Shown here: positions 30,657-45,134 of the stretch, one piece after another
How the letters are laid out: each line of letters begins with the position of its first letter
Numbering within the stretch: position 1 is the stretch's first letter
Origin: Acidobacteriota bacterium
GTDB taxonomy: Bacteria > Bacillota > Syntrophomonadia > Syntrophomonadales > DTU052
Length of the DNA stretch: 64,000 nucleotides
NCBI GenBank assembly: GCA_050259595.1
Contig: JBLNAX010000037.1
Span: 11,315 to 75,314, forward strand
Direction: 5' to 3'
Program-made: the position numbers and the translations under genes
Notes under the pieces: generated by a model
Seen by the model: the letters and a program-made list of their open reading frames with translations, nothing else
What the model was told of the DNA's origin: nothing
The model's database searches: none

Positions 30657-31391
30657 CTATTCTGCTGCGATCATTGCCGGTTCAGTCTCAACTTCCCGCA
30701 TCACCAGTACACCCATCCAAAGATAAGCTAAAAGCAACGACATGAATAATACATTGGGGTACGGGAAACTAGGCCAAATCAACTTTTGAATCGTATCGAT
30801 TATGACCGGTAGGGTCATGGCATAGAGAGCAATTATTTTTCCGGTTTTAAAGTCGATTTGAGCTTTCTGGATTCTCGCGAACACCAGGCAAATGCCTCCG
30901 CCCAGCATCATAATGAGTACCTTGGCAAACCAATTATATGTGATTCCCAGTAGTAGAATTGATGAATGGGTGAATTGAATCCACTTCAGCATTCTCTCGG
31001 AAATGTTGGTGGTCAAACTGACAGCTGTGGCATCAGCCGGGGCTTTGACTCTCTGATTTTCCGGCAGTTCCGATAATTTCAAGCGGAGTTGGGCTGATTC
31101 CTCAAAAGAACGTGGTGGCAGATATTGGTTCTGGGTTTGCAGGTTTATGTTGTTAGTCACGGCAAAGCCATTGGCTAGATTATAAAAGCCTACCGGAGAT
31201 TTACTGAGTTTGTCTCGGACTGATCCGGCTCCTTCGTCCATTTGTACCATGAACATCAGAAGAACAGGAAATGCAAGCACGAGTACTAACCAGAATAGAT
31301 AACTAGTATGATGTTCGGCAGGTTCCTGGGTAAACTCCTTATAAGAGTTCACGCTGAAAATGGCATCTCTCACACGCAACAATATCTCCAT
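30657..31391 (-). CDS. Polytopic membrane protein, unknown function (DUF1189-like by architecture)
   Basis: 244 aa: an N-terminal cytoplasmic segment, one TM, an extracytoplasmic loop, then a cluster of TM helices. Confidence 0.55.
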   Translation of the reverse strand: MEILLRVRDAIFSVNSYKEFTQEPAEHHTSYLFWLVLVLAFPVLLMFMVQMDEGAGSVRDKLSKSPVGFYNLANGFAVTNNINLQTQNQYLPPRSFEESAQLRLKLSELPENQRVKAPADATAVSLTTNISERMLKWIQFTHSSILLLGITYNWFAKVLIMMLGGGICLVFARIQKAQIDFKTGKIIALYAMTLPVIIDTIQKLIWPSFPYPNVLFMSLLLAYLWMGVLVMREVETEPAMIAAE

Positions 31392-31683
31392 AAATGCCCC
31401 TCCCCTGGGTTTTATCTAATCTCTCCACTACAGATTACCATATTCCAAAGCAATTTGCACGAATTTTGGCAAGAATTTATTAATTCCAAATTCAAATTAG
31501 GCCCAATTTCCTGGGACTTTAGAATGTTTCTGGGTGGCTAACAGCATGGTAATTATGTATAACGGCCATTAGGTGTGGAGATAGCCGTGATTTTGGGTTA
31601 TAATTGTTGGGTGTGATAATAGATTTATATTATTTGTTGCAAGGAACTTATGGTAGTTTGACGAGGGATAGAGGGGCGCAGAC

Positions 31684-35855
<4,172 letters not shown>

Positions 35856-36027
35856 TGCCCCCATTTAATCTTAGTTGAGTCAAGTTTTTCTGACATACAG
35901 TATGATATGGAATAAGCCAATGTGATTGTGTGATTGTACCAATTCGTATATAATTGTACCCGGTGGGTCGTTTGCGGCCAAGATGGATGATTTTTGACTG
36001 TGTTGAGTTTTGAGGGAGGTATTTAAA

Positions 36028-36798
36028 GTGGATTTTATCGAAGTGAATGGCATCAAGCTAGCTTATGAAGACCTGGGACCTAAAGATGGTGTACCATTGG
36101 TATGTGTTCATGGCTGGACAGCTAACAGACACCGGTGGGATCACCAGGCTGAGTATTTTCCTGCTACCCGGCGGTTTATTCGATTCGACCTGCGGGGACA
36201 TGGTGAGAGCGATAAGCCCATTATGAGATACTCCATCAAACAATTCAGTGAAGATCTTAAAGGCCTACTTGATAAGCTTGGTATCGAAAAGGCAATTCTT
36301 GCCGGACATTCAATGGGCGGTATGACGGTACAACAGTTTGCTCTGGATTATCCGGAACGGGTGGAGAAACTGATTCTGGTCGACACCTGTGGCAGATTTC
36401 CATTTAACGCTTTAACTAGAACGGGTGTTGCAACCTGTGGCGCCCTGCCATTCCAAATGTTCGTCAAGATGAACATCGTTCGAGCATTTAAGCCCGGTTT
36501 TTCAAAGAGCAAATTAGAGGAGTTTGTGCGCCTTTCGCAAAACAATCCGCAGCCTGTCGTTATGTCCTGTTTCAAAGAAGCAATGGCCGAGTATGATATA
36601 ATGAGCCGTCTGCCACAGATCAAGGCTCAAACTCTAGTTTTCCACGGTTACCATGATATACAGCTTACTTTAGATGAGGGGTGTAAGCTGGCGATGCTGA
36701 TTCCTAATGCTACTATGAAGATAGTAGACAGCGGGCACGAGACTCCGGTGGAAGTGCCTGAACAGTTGACCAAAGCGATAGCTGAATTTATTCAATAA
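36028..36798 (+). CDS. Alpha/beta-fold hydrolase
   Basis: HGW oxyanion region, GHSMGG nucleophile elbow and a C-terminal GH. The GTG at 36028 follows GAGGGAGG. Confidence 0.8.
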   Translation: MDFIEVNGIKLAYEDLGPKDGVPLVCVHGWTANRHRWDHQAEYFPATRRFIRFDLRGHGESDKPIMRYSIKQFSEDLKGLLDKLGIEKAILAGHSMGGMTVQQFALDYPERVEKLILVDTCGRFPFNALTRTGVATCGALPFQMFVKMNIVRAFKPGFSKSKLEEFVRLSQNNPQPVVMSCFKEAMAEYDIMSRLPQIKAQTLVFHGYHDIQLTLDEGCKLAMLIPNATMKIVDSGHETPVEVPEQLTKAIAEFIQ

Positions 36799-36824
36799 GC
36801 ATATTCAAAATTCAATGACGTTTG

Positions 36825-36850
36825 CGCCTCCTTGCTAAGGGGGCGTTTTT
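36825..36850 (+). terminator. Rho-independent terminator after the hydrolase gene
   Basis: CGCCTCCTT-GCT-AAGGGGGCG followed by TTTTT. Confidence 0.75.
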
Positions 36851-36951
36851 ACTTGTAATTGCGACATTGCTTTGCGCCATGATTAGGGTTGTGAAACCGG
36901 TTCAAGTGCTGGGAATCGGACGCTTTTCTTGTGTTAGGGATGCTAAAAAGC

Positions 36952-36980
36952 TAGTGAAGAATATTGCTTTCTGTTATAAT
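36952..36980 (+). promoter_or_regulatory. Probable gatCAB promoter (extended -10)
   Basis: TGtTATAAT (TATAAT at 36975-36980) with a weak -35 (TAGTGA). Confidence 0.5.
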
Positions 36981-37021
36981 ATTGTGCATGAGATTTTCAG
37001 GAAGTGGGGGAAATTGTCCAA

Positions 37022-37306
37022 ATGGCCCTTACCATAAAAGAGGTTGAACATGTTGCCATGCTGGGTAGGCTGACTCTTACTGAGGAAGAAAAAGATCTTT
37101 ACGCACACCAACTGAGTGCTATTCTCGAGTTTGCCGAGATTTTGAATAAACTTCCTACTGATGACGTGGAGCCGTTGGCCCACGTTCTGCCTGTTTTCAA
37201 TGTCATGCGTGATGATGAAAAAAGGCCTTCGTTTACCCGTGAGGATGTTCTGTCCAATGCCCCGGAGCAGGAGGACGGGCTATTCAAGGTTCCCAGAATC
37301 GTGTAA
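37022..37306 (+). CDS. gatC: Asp/Glu-tRNA(Asn/Gln) amidotransferase subunit C
   Basis: V.H.A.L.RL.L.. E... pattern, 94 aa, directly upstream of gatA. Confidence 0.92.
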   Translation: MALTIKEVEHVAMLGRLTLTEEEKDLYAHQLSAILEFAEILNKLPTDDVEPLAHVLPVFNVMRDDEKRPSFTREDVLSNAPEQEDGLFKVPRIV

Positions 37307-37321
37307 GGGGGAGCTCTAATA

Positions 37322-38782
37322 ATGGATCTATACCAACTGACAGCATTAGAAATACAGAAGAAGCTTGGTAGTGGGGAAGTCAAACCTTCCGACGTCCTTG
37401 ATTCCGTGGCACAGCGCATTCAAGACGTGGAGGACCGGGTCAAGGCTTTTGTGACTTTGATCGTCGATGAAGCGCGCCAATTATCTGCTTCCTTGGATGC
37501 AAGCAAGAGCTTTTCGGGAATTGCCGGGATCCCGTGCGGTATTAAGGATAATATGTGTACCCGCGGTGTCCGGACCACCTGCAGTTCTAAGATATTGGAG
37601 AATTTTATCCCGCCCTATGATGCCACGGTGGTTCAGAAGCTTAATGACCAGAAAGCAGTAGTGATGGGTAAATTGAACATGGACGAATTTGCGATGGGCT
37701 CGTCGACTGAGCAATCGGGGTTCTTCCCTACCTGCAATCCCTGGGACCTATCCCGCGTGCCCGGCGGATCATCTGGTGGCGCGGCTGCGGCTGTGGCGGC
37801 GGAAGAGGTGTTTTATGCGCTGGGGTCAGATACCGGTGGCTCCATAAGACAGCCCGCTTCACTGTGTGGAGTTGTGGGATTGAAGCCGACTTATGGACGC
37901 GTATCGCGTTTTGGCTTGATCGCTTATGCTTCTTCACTGGATCAGATAGGGCCTCTAACCAGGACAGTAGCGGATTCCGCTCTGGTTATGAATGCCATTT
38001 CGGGCTATGACAGATTCGATTCTACCAGTGTTAACCAGCCTGTGCCCGATTATCTAGAGTACTTGAAACCTGAAATAAAGGGCCTAAAAATAGGCGTTCC
38101 CCGCGAGTATTTCCAACAGGGGGTAGATCCAGCAGTTATAGATAAGATCAAAGCTGCTATGAAGAAATATGAAGAATTGGGCGCTATCCTGGAGGAGACC
38201 AGTCTTCCGCATAGCGAATTTGCACTTCCTGCATATTATATCGTAGCGCCTGCTGAGGCTTGTTCCAACCTGGCTCGCTTTGATGGGGTAAAGTACGGAT
38301 TGCGCGAAACCCAGGCGGCCGATATTATTGAAATGTTTTGTGGTACTAGGGCTAAGGGCTTTGGCGCGGAAGTAAAGCGCCGCGTAATGCTGGGAACCTA
38401 TGCCCTTAGTTCAGGATATTATGATGCTTACTATGTTAAAGCCCTGAAAGCTCGCCGTTTAATACGGGATGATTTTGACAAGGCATTTGCCCAATATGAT
38501 GTGCTGCTGGCACCAACGACGCCTTCAGTAGCCTTTAAAATTGGAGAAAAGCTGGATGACCCGCTAGCCATGTACATGTCAGATATTCTGACCATACCAG
38601 TCAACCTAGCTGGTATTCCGGCCATTTCGATTCCTGCCGGTTTTGTGGACGGACTGCCGGTGGGGCTGCAACTGATGGGCAAACCGTTTTCCGAAGGGAC
38701 GCTGCTCCAGGCGGCTTATGCCTTTGAACAAGCCACCGATTTCCACAATCAGCGTCCGGGATTGGAGGTGCGGCATGGCTAG
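37322..38782 (+). CDS. gatA: Asp/Glu-tRNA amidotransferase subunit A
   Basis: Amidase signature [12 protein letters not shown] ... [12 protein letters not shown]. Confidence 0.96.
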   Translation: MDLYQLTALEIQKKLGSGEVKPSDVLDSVAQRIQDVEDRVKAFVTLIVDEARQLSASLDASKSFSGIAGIPCGIKDNMCTRGVRTTCSSKILENFIPPYDATVVQKLNDQKAVVMGKLNMDEFAMGSSTEQSGFFPTCNPWDLSRVPGGSSGGAAAAVAAEEVFYALGSDTGGSIRQPASLCGVVGLKPTYGRVSRFGLIAYASSLDQIGPLTRTVADSALVMNAISGYDRFDSTSVNQPVPDYLEYLKPEIKGLKIGVPREYFQQGVDPAVIDKIKAAMKKYEELGAILEETSLPHSEFALPAYYIVAPAEACSNLARFDGVKYGLRETQAADIIEMFCGTRAKGFGAEVKRRVMLGTYALSSGYYDAYYVKALKARRLIRDDFDKAFAQYDVLLAPTTPSVAFKIGEKLDDPLAMYMSDILTIPVNLAGIPAISIPAGFVDGLPVGLQLMGKPFSEGTLLQAAYAFEQATDFHNQRPGLEVRHG

Positions 38783-40226
38783 AGCAGATTTTGAAGCTGT
38801 AATTGGCCTGGAGGTGCATACCGAACTGAAGACCCAATCTAAGGCATTCTGCGGCTGTTCAGTACAGTTCGGTGCTGAACCAAATACTCAGGTGTGTCCC
38901 ATATGCATGGGAATGCCGGGGGTATTACCGGTCATCAACCGCCAAATGGTTGAATATGCTGTTAAGACCGGCCTGGCACTAAACTGCGAAATAGCCGAGT
39001 TTTGTAAGTTTGACCGTAAAAACTACTATTATCCTGATTTGCCCAAGGACTTTCAAACCTCGCAATATGACCTGCCTATAGCCCTGGGGGGTTATCTGGA
39101 TATTGAAATTGATGATGTGACTAAAAGAATAGGTATTACACGCGTCCATATGGAAGAGGATGCCGGCAAGCTGGTGCATCAGGGTACGATCTCGACCACC
39201 CCATACAGCCTGGTTGATTACAATCGGTCTGGAGTACCACTGCTGGAGATCGTTTCGGAACCCGATATGCGGACTGCCCAGGAAGCGCGTATGTATATGG
39301 AAAAGCTGCGTGCTATCCTGCTGTTCCTTGGTGTTTCGGACTGCAAAATGCAGGAGGGCAGCCTGCGCTGTGATGCTAACATAAGTGTGCGACCCAAAGG
39401 TCAGAAAGAATTGGGCACAAAAGCCGAGATCAAAAATATGAATTCCTTCCGTTCGCTGGAGCGAGCGGTGGAATATGAGATCGATCGCCAGATAGAAGTG
39501 ATCGAGGATGGAGGCCGCATAATTCAGGAGACCCGGACCTGGGATGAGGGCAAACAGGTGACAATCAGCATGCGTTCAAAGGAAGAGGCTCACGACTACC
39601 GCTATTTCCCGGAGCCTGACCTGCCACCGATCAAGATCGACCAGGTTTGGATCGAGCGGGTAAGAAAAACCCTGCCAGAACTGCCGGATGATGCACGGGC
39701 TCGTTTGATCGAGAAATACGAACTGTCAGCCTATGATGCTTCTATCCTTACTTTATCAAAAAAGATACTGGATTTCTTCGATGAATGTATTAAAGAGTAT
39801 CCAAACCCCAAAGCCGTTTCCAACTGGATCATGAGTGATTTGATGCGGCTGCTCAACCAGAATAACATTGAGATCGATGAAAGCAAGGTTACTCCTACAG
39901 GATTGACCGATATGCTGAAATTGATAGATAAAGGTATGATCAGTGGCAAGATAGCCAAGACAGTCTTTGAGGAAATGTTCGTCAGCGGCGATGACCCGGA
40001 GAAGATAGTGCAGGCTCAAGGACTGGTCCAAATCAGCGACGAATCGGCTGTTTTGGGAATTGTCAAAGAAGTGATATCTCAGAATCCCAATGTAGTAGAG
40101 GATTATAAAAACGGCAAAGACAAAGCTATCGGATTCCTGGTCGGTCAGGTAATGAAGGCTAGCAAAGGCAAAGCCAATCCAGAAATGGCTAACAGACTGT
40201 TGCGCGAAGAACTCGCCAACGTATAA
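38775..40226 (+). CDS. gatB: Asp/Glu-tRNA amidotransferase subunit B
   Basis: [11 protein letters not shown]-terminus, CPVC-type motif and [10 protein letters not shown]. The ATG at 38775 overlaps the gatA end. The track start at 38718 is an upstream extension. Confidence 0.96.
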   Translation: MARADFEAVIGLEVHTELKTQSKAFCGCSVQFGAEPNTQVCPICMGMPGVLPVINRQMVEYAVKTGLALNCEIAEFCKFDRKNYYYPDLPKDFQTSQYDLPIALGGYLDIEIDDVTKRIGITRVHMEEDAGKLVHQGTISTTPYSLVDYNRSGVPLLEIVSEPDMRTAQEARMYMEKLRAILLFLGVSDCKMQEGSLRCDANISVRPKGQKELGTKAEIKNMNSFRSLERAVEYEIDRQIEVIEDGGRIIQETRTWDEGKQVTISMRSKEEAHDYRYFPEPDLPPIKIDQVWIERVRKTLPELPDDARARLIEKYELSAYDASILTLSKKILDFFDECIKEYPNPKAVSNWIMSDLMRLLNQNNIEIDESKVTPTGLTDMLKLIDKGMISGKIAKTVFEEMFVSGDDPEKIVQAQGLVQISDESAVLGIVKEVISQNPNVVEDYKNGKDKAIGFLVGQVMKASKGKANPEMANRLLREELANV

Positions 40227-40346
40227 TATCATTAGCATTATACGTCACACGAAGTTAGAGGCCTGCAAGAGAGTCGGCTTGCTTAAGGCTTAGAATAAAG
40301 AAAAAACGCAGCAAAAGATGCAGTAGTATCGTTTAGACAAAGGGGA

Positions 40347-41525
40347 GTGAGAGTTTTGACCATTAGATTGGGTAGAGACTGGTTCCTGGACGAAGGATCC
40401 AAAGTATTTATCGTAGACACCACACTTCGTGATGGTGAACAAACTGCCGGTGTAGTATTCTCTAATCCGGAAAAGATCAGAATCGCCAAGTATTTGAGCG
40501 ATATGGGTGTTGACCAGATAGAAGCCGGAATACCGGTAATGGGTGGAGACGAGAAAAAGTGTATTCGAGAAATCGTCGAACTGGGCCTTACGTCCAGTAT
40601 CATGGCCTGGAATAGGGCTGTCATCAAGGACATCAAGGAATCTATCGACTGTGGAGTGGACGCGGTCGCTATTTCCATTTCCACATCTGACATCCACATT
40701 GAGCACAAACTGCAAACAACACGCCAGGATGTTCTTAACCGTATGTCGGATGCCGTTAAATTTGCCAAGGACAAGGGGCTGTACGTTTCGGTGAATGCCG
40801 AAGATGCCTCGCGTTCAGACATGGATTACCTGGTGGAGTTTGCTCTGATAGCCAAGCATTGTGGGGGTGATCGCCTACGCTTTTGTGATACAGTAGGCAT
40901 TCTTGACCCATTGACCTCATTCAGAAAAATCAAGACTTTGGTTGATGCTGTGGGAATCGAGGTCGAGATGCATACCCACAATGATTTTGGCATGGCCAAT
41001 GCCAACGCCCTTTCTGGAGTGTACGCAGGGGCTCGGTATGTGGGAGTAACTGTTAATGGGTTAGGCGAAAGGGCTGGCAATGCTTCGCTTCAGGAAGTGG
41101 TAATGAGCTTAAAATATCTCATGGGTTTAGATCTATATTTCAAGACTGAAATGTTCCGGGAAGTCGCGCAGTACGTGGCGGCCGCCTCTGGCCGGGTGCT
41201 TTCGCCTGCACTTCCGATCGTGGGAGATAACATTTTTGCTCATGAATCAGGGATCCATGGGGACGGAGTATTGAAGAATCCGCTCACTTATGAAGTCTTT
41301 ACTCCTGCAGAGGTAGGCAATGAACGCCAAATAGTGATAGGGAAACACTCTGGTACTGCGGCATTAAAGTCGAAATTTAAGGAATATGGGACCGAACTTA
41401 ACGAAGAACAAGCTCAGGAGCTATTGGCTAGAGTGCGGACTACAGCCGTCGACCTGAAACGTTCTTTGTTTGATAAAGAATTAGTATTTCTTTTTGATCA
41501 ATACTTGCGAGAGAGGAGTAAGTAA
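40347..41525 (+). CDS. Homocitrate / Re-citrate / 2-isopropylmalate synthase-family enzyme (NifV-like length)
   Basis: DTTLRDGEQ, the E.G.P and HTHND metal-site motifs of the DRE-TIM aldolase family. At about 390 aa it lacks the LeuA regulatory domain. Confidence 0.8.
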   Translation: MRVLTIRLGRDWFLDEGSKVFIVDTTLRDGEQTAGVVFSNPEKIRIAKYLSDMGVDQIEAGIPVMGGDEKKCIREIVELGLTSSIMAWNRAVIKDIKESIDCGVDAVAISISTSDIHIEHKLQTTRQDVLNRMSDAVKFAKDKGLYVSVNAEDASRSDMDYLVEFALIAKHCGGDRLRFCDTVGILDPLTSFRKIKTLVDAVGIEVEMHTHNDFGMANANALSGVYAGARYVGVTVNGLGERAGNASLQEVVMSLKYLMGLDLYFKTEMFREVAQYVAAASGRVLSPALPIVGDNIFAHESGIHGDGVLKNPLTYEVFTPAEVGNERQIVIGKHSGTAALKSKFKEYGTELNEEQAQELLARVRTTAVDLKRSLFDKELVFLFDQYLRERSK

Positions 41526-41675
41526 GCGGGGAAAAACAATTGCGGAAAGAATTCTCTCCAACAAAAGTAGAGTTGATGCTCATGCTGATGAGATAGTAAT
41601 AGCTGATCTGGATTGATCAATAGGTAGGTCGTAATAGTATTCAAAATTGGTTCATTTAATGAGGTGAAGCTTTCA

Positions 41676-42674
41676 ATGTATAAAATCACATTGATTCCTG
41701 GGGATGGTATTGGCCCTGAAGTAACCGAAGCTACGCGGCGTGTTATTGATGCTAGTGGAGTAGAGGTCAGTTGGGAAATTGCTGAAGCAGGTGAACATCA
41801 GATTGCCCAGCATGGGACACCATTGCCCGATTCTGTTCTGGATTCTATCAAAAAGAATGGCATTGCACTTAAAGGTCCTATAACTACTCCGGTTGGCAAG
41901 GGATTTCGCAGTGTCAATGTAACACTGCGAAAGGAACTGGACTTATGGGCTAATGTCCGGCCCTCCCATAATTATCCGGGGATCGCTAGCCGCTATGAAA
42001 ATGTTAACCTGACAATCGTGCGTGAAAATACTGAAGATCTTTATGCAGGCATCGAATACTGGGCAAGTACTCACGCTGGTGTTTCGGTCAAAGTCATTAC
42101 TCGTGAGGCATCAATGCGGATTTCTCGGTTTGCTTTTGAATTGGCAAGAAAAACCGGACGTAGAAAAGTTACCTGCGCTCATAAAGCCAACATTATGAAG
42201 ATTTCTGATGGATTGTTTTTGGATTGTTTCCGGGAAGCAGCGGTGGATTACCCTGAAATCGAAGCCGAAGACCGCATTATTGATGCACTCTGTATGCAGC
42301 TTGTACAAAAACCCGACACCTTTGAGATATTGGTTATGGCCAATCTTTATGGCGACATCACTAGTGATCTTTGTGCCGGATTGGTGGGTGGCTTAGGTGT
42401 TGCACCTGGTGCAAATATTGGCGATAAAATAGCAGTATTCGAACCAGTACACGGTAGTGCTCCTGATATTGCTGGCCAGGGGCTGGCTAATCCTTTAGCA
42501 ACTCTGCTCAGCGGAGTGTTGATGCTAGAGCACCTTGGCGAGCAAGCCGCAGCGGGTCGCATCCGGAATGCGGTTTGGAAGGCCCTTGAGGATGACTGTA
42601 AGACTGCAGACCTTGGTGGTCGTCTAAAGACCAACGAGATGGCGGATGCCATTATTGCGCGGATCAATGCATAG
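41676..42674 (+). CDS. Isocitrate / homoisocitrate / isopropylmalate dehydrogenase-family enzyme
   Basis: I.LIPGDGIGPEV N-terminus and NLYGDI.SDL motif. The ATG at 41676 follows a GGTGA RBS. Confidence 0.85.
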   Translation: MYKITLIPGDGIGPEVTEATRRVIDASGVEVSWEIAEAGEHQIAQHGTPLPDSVLDSIKKNGIALKGPITTPVGKGFRSVNVTLRKELDLWANVRPSHNYPGIASRYENVNLTIVRENTEDLYAGIEYWASTHAGVSVKVITREASMRISRFAFELARKTGRRKVTCAHKANIMKISDGLFLDCFREAAVDYPEIEAEDRIIDALCMQLVQKPDTFEILVMANLYGDITSDLCAGLVGGLGVAPGANIGDKIAVFEPVHGSAPDIAGQGLANPLATLLSGVLMLEHLGEQAAAGRIRNAVWKALEDDCKTADLGGRLKTNEMADAIIARINA

Positions 42675-42722
42675 AGTAATTATTAAGTAACTTATACTTT
42701 TCCAACATATTCGTATATCACC

Positions 42723-42754
42723 AATCCTGCCCTGGGCAGGATTTATTTTTTTTT
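42723..42754 (+). terminator. Rho-independent terminator
   Basis: AATCCTGCC-CTG-GGCAGGATT followed by TATTTTTTTTT. Confidence 0.85.
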
Positions 42755-42811
42755 ATCAACTGGCAGGCACTGAGACAAGATAAATATGAAGAAGTGCAAG
42801 GAGGTTGAGAT

Positions 42812-43135
42812 ATGGATAGGGTAGTGATGAACGGAGGAATCGCCGCCGAACCTTACCCGGTGGGGGTTGGAGAAGCTCTCCATATTCAGTATTCCGGGAT
42901 GCTATCCAGATCAGGTGCAGATAAGGTTTATCTGCGTGCGGGTTACGGCAGTAATGATTCCTGGGCAGATGTTCATGACTATGAAATGATGCCTACCGAC
43001 AATGGTTGGGAAGCCGATTTGAAGGTTCATCGGGGTGGCCGGATCCACTTCTGCTTCAGAGATCGAGCCGACAATTGGGATAACAATAATGGTCACAACT
43101 GGAACTATCCAATTGATTCTAGTCGCTTTAAATAA
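42812..43135 (+). CDS. Stand-alone CBM25/CBM53-like (starch/glycogen-binding) module protein, paralog A
   Basis: 107 aa with no signal peptide. The pattern ...V.I.YSG.L...GAD.VY...GYG....W........M....GWEA.....G...FCFRD.ADNWDNN.GHNW.Y resembles CBM25/53 (W...WDNN.G.NY). Confidence 0.65.
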   Translation: MDRVVMNGGIAAEPYPVGVGEALHIQYSGMLSRSGADKVYLRAGYGSNDSWADVHDYEMMPTDNGWEADLKVHRGGRIHFCFRDRADNWDNNNGHNWNYPIDSSRFK

Positions 43136-43158
43136 GCATATTTGAAAGGAGGGATAAC

Positions 43159-43473
43159 TTGGCCAAGGCGGAAATTGAGAGCGGTGTGATCACCACGCCG
43201 GTCCCACTTAAGAAGAATAGTACGGTTCACGTAATCTACAGCGGTATGCTGTCTGACCATGGGGCAGATCAAGTCTACATGCATAGTGGCTATGGTGCCA
43301 GTCATGATTGGTACTGGGTCAATGAACAAGCTATGGATCGCAACCGCTGGGGTTGGGAAGCTGTAGTGGATATACACGGAGATCACAGGTTCAACTTCTG
43401 TTTTAGAGACAGTGCCGACCACTGGGATAATAATAGTGGGCATAACTGGAGTTACGAGATTCAAGGGCAATAA
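43159..43473 (+). CDS. Stand-alone CBM25/CBM53-like module protein, paralog B
   Basis: 104 aa, clearly paralogous to 42812-43135 (YSGMLS..GADQVY, FCFRDSADHWDNNSGHNWSY), with a TTG start after GGAGGG. Confidence 0.65.
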   Translation: MAKAEIESGVITTPVPLKKNSTVHVIYSGMLSDHGADQVYMHSGYGASHDWYWVNEQAMDRNRWGWEAVVDIHGDHRFNFCFRDSADHWDNNSGHNWSYEIQGQ

Positions 43474-43597
43474 TCAGCAAACCAGTTCGTCAAATGTATC
43501 TGTTGAGGATTTACTATAATATAGATCAACCAACCTTACCGCACTTAATTAGAGACTAGATACGATTTGGCTAAGAAGTTTCTCATAATTAGCGAAC

Positions 43598-43628
43598 CAA
43601 AAGCTCATTCTAATGAATGAGCTTTTTA
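43598..43628 (+). terminator. Terminator, family copy A (AAAGCTCATTC/GAATGAGCTTT)
   Basis: AAAAGCTCATTC-TAAT-GAATGAGCTTTTT. The track ORF start at 43613 lies inside this hairpin. Confidence 0.8.
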
Positions 43629-43645
43629 TATTGGAGGCGTTTGTA

Positions 43646-44899
43646 TTGCGAATAGTAATGCTGGCCTGGGAGTTTCCACCTCGTATCGTTGGTGGACTTG
43701 CTATGCATGTTTATGACCTTTCGACTACGCTTGCCAGTCTGGGCCATGATGTGACGGTCATTACGTGCAACAACCATTCCTCTCCCAGTGAGGAAAAAAT
43801 GGACGGGGTCAATGTGCTGCGGGTCAATCCTTACGAGCTGCCATCGCGGGATATCGTATCCTGGGCAATGCAGCTAAATGTAGCTATGTTGGAGAAAGCA
43901 GTACAGGTCATTAACCGGGACGGTCCCTTTGATATCGTACATGCCCACGACTGGCTGACGGCTTATGCCGGGCGGGCTTTGAAACACTCTTATCAGCTGC
44001 CATTGATCGTAACCATTCATGCTACTGAGCATGGCCGTAATAATGGTATTCACAATGAAATACAGCATAATATAAGCAACATTGAGTGGTGGCTGACCTA
44101 CGAAGCCTGGAAAGTGATCTGCTGTTCGGATTACATGGTGGGGGAAGTCAGGCGAGTCTTTAACCTGCCGCATGACAAGGTCGTGCATATTCCAAATGGT
44201 GTCCACCCCGCGCGAATTCGAAATCGTCAAATGCCGGAAGGGTTTAAGGAGCGTTTTGCCCTGCCCTGGGAGCGTATCATCTACTATGTAGGGCGCTTGG
44301 TACAGGAAAAAGGGGTGCAAGTGCTGATCGATTCGGCATACAAGGTGCTGGCCCATGTGCCAGAAGCTAAATTCATAATTGCCGGGACCGGACCTTTCGA
44401 GAGCCATCTGCGCGCTAAGGCCCGCGATCTAGGTTTGGGTGACAAAATGCTGTTTACCGGGTATATCAATGATGAAGATCGAGATATGCTGTATCTGGCC
44501 GCTGATGCAGCGGTTTTTCCCAGTCTCTATGAACCGTTTGGCATAGTAGCACTGGAGGCTATGGCCGCCGGTACACCGGCAATTGTATCGGATAGTGGAG
44601 GACTCGCTGAGATCGTAAAAAACAATGTCGACGGTTTGTGGGCTATGACTGGCTCGGCCAATTCGTTGGCAGACCGCATAATCGAGGTTCTAACTAACGA
44701 TGTAATGGCGCGTAAGCTAGTCGATAATGCTTATTCAAAGGTAAAAAATCTTTATGATTGGAAGATAATAGCCCGCCACACTTTGGACATTTATAGATCA
44801 GTCGCCAAAGATTCCAAAGCCGCTGGGCGGGGCCAGGAAAGAGGCGGAACACTTTTTCAATTCAATCGTCGTCAGCGCAGTCAGGAGTTAGTTAAGTAA
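43646..44899 (+). CDS. GT4-family glycosyltransferase (glycogen-synthase-like / GlgM-like)
   Basis: MRIVMLAWEFPP.IVGGLA.HV N-terminus and EX7E (EPFGIVALE). The TTG at 43646 follows GGAGG. Confidence 0.8.
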   Translation: MRIVMLAWEFPPRIVGGLAMHVYDLSTTLASLGHDVTVITCNNHSSPSEEKMDGVNVLRVNPYELPSRDIVSWAMQLNVAMLEKAVQVINRDGPFDIVHAHDWLTAYAGRALKHSYQLPLIVTIHATEHGRNNGIHNEIQHNISNIEWWLTYEAWKVICCSDYMVGEVRRVFNLPHDKVVHIPNGVHPARIRNRQMPEGFKERFALPWERIIYYVGRLVQEKGVQVLIDSAYKVLAHVPEAKFIIAGTGPFESHLRAKARDLGLGDKMLFTGYINDEDRDMLYLAADAAVFPSLYEPFGIVALEAMAAGTPAIVSDSGGLAEIVKNNVDGLWAMTGSANSLADRIIEVLTNDVMARKLVDNAYSKVKNLYDWKIIARHTLDIYRSVAKDSKAAGRGQERGGTLFQFNRRQRSQELVK

Positions 44900-44921
44900 G
44901 CTATTAGTAGATAATTATTGA

Positions 44922-44953
44922 GAAAGCTCGTTCTTAAGGAATGAGCTTTTTTG
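44922..44953 (+). terminator. Terminator, family copy B
   Basis: AAAGCTCGTTC-TTAAG-GAATGAGCTTTTTT. Confidence 0.8.
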
Positions 44954-45134
44954 CTTGTGCCGATTTTTTAAGGGTTAGGCCATTCTTGGGAAAACGAGCC
45001 TATTAACTCAGATTATTAGTTAAGTAGGAAAATAAGGCTTCGTGTCGAAGTCAATCGAAGGGTCATTATAAGATACAACCCGTAGACTGTCACCTCAATA
45101 CACAGTCGAGGTTGAAGATAGGAGTGATTAACTG

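Noticed and set aside
40283-40822. 179-aa and 141-aa minus-strand ORFs opposite the synthase gene
   Set aside because: They are antisense shadows of a CDS bearing DRE-TIM motifs. They lack a start context and have Ser/Thr/Pro-rich composition.
45000-45134. Possible c-di-AMP (ydaO-type) riboswitch upstream of the K+ channel gene
   Set aside because: Only short generic hairpins are present. None of the conserved ydaO blocks that I recall (…GGGGACCCA…, …GGGUGAAUC…, …CCGCC…) are there.
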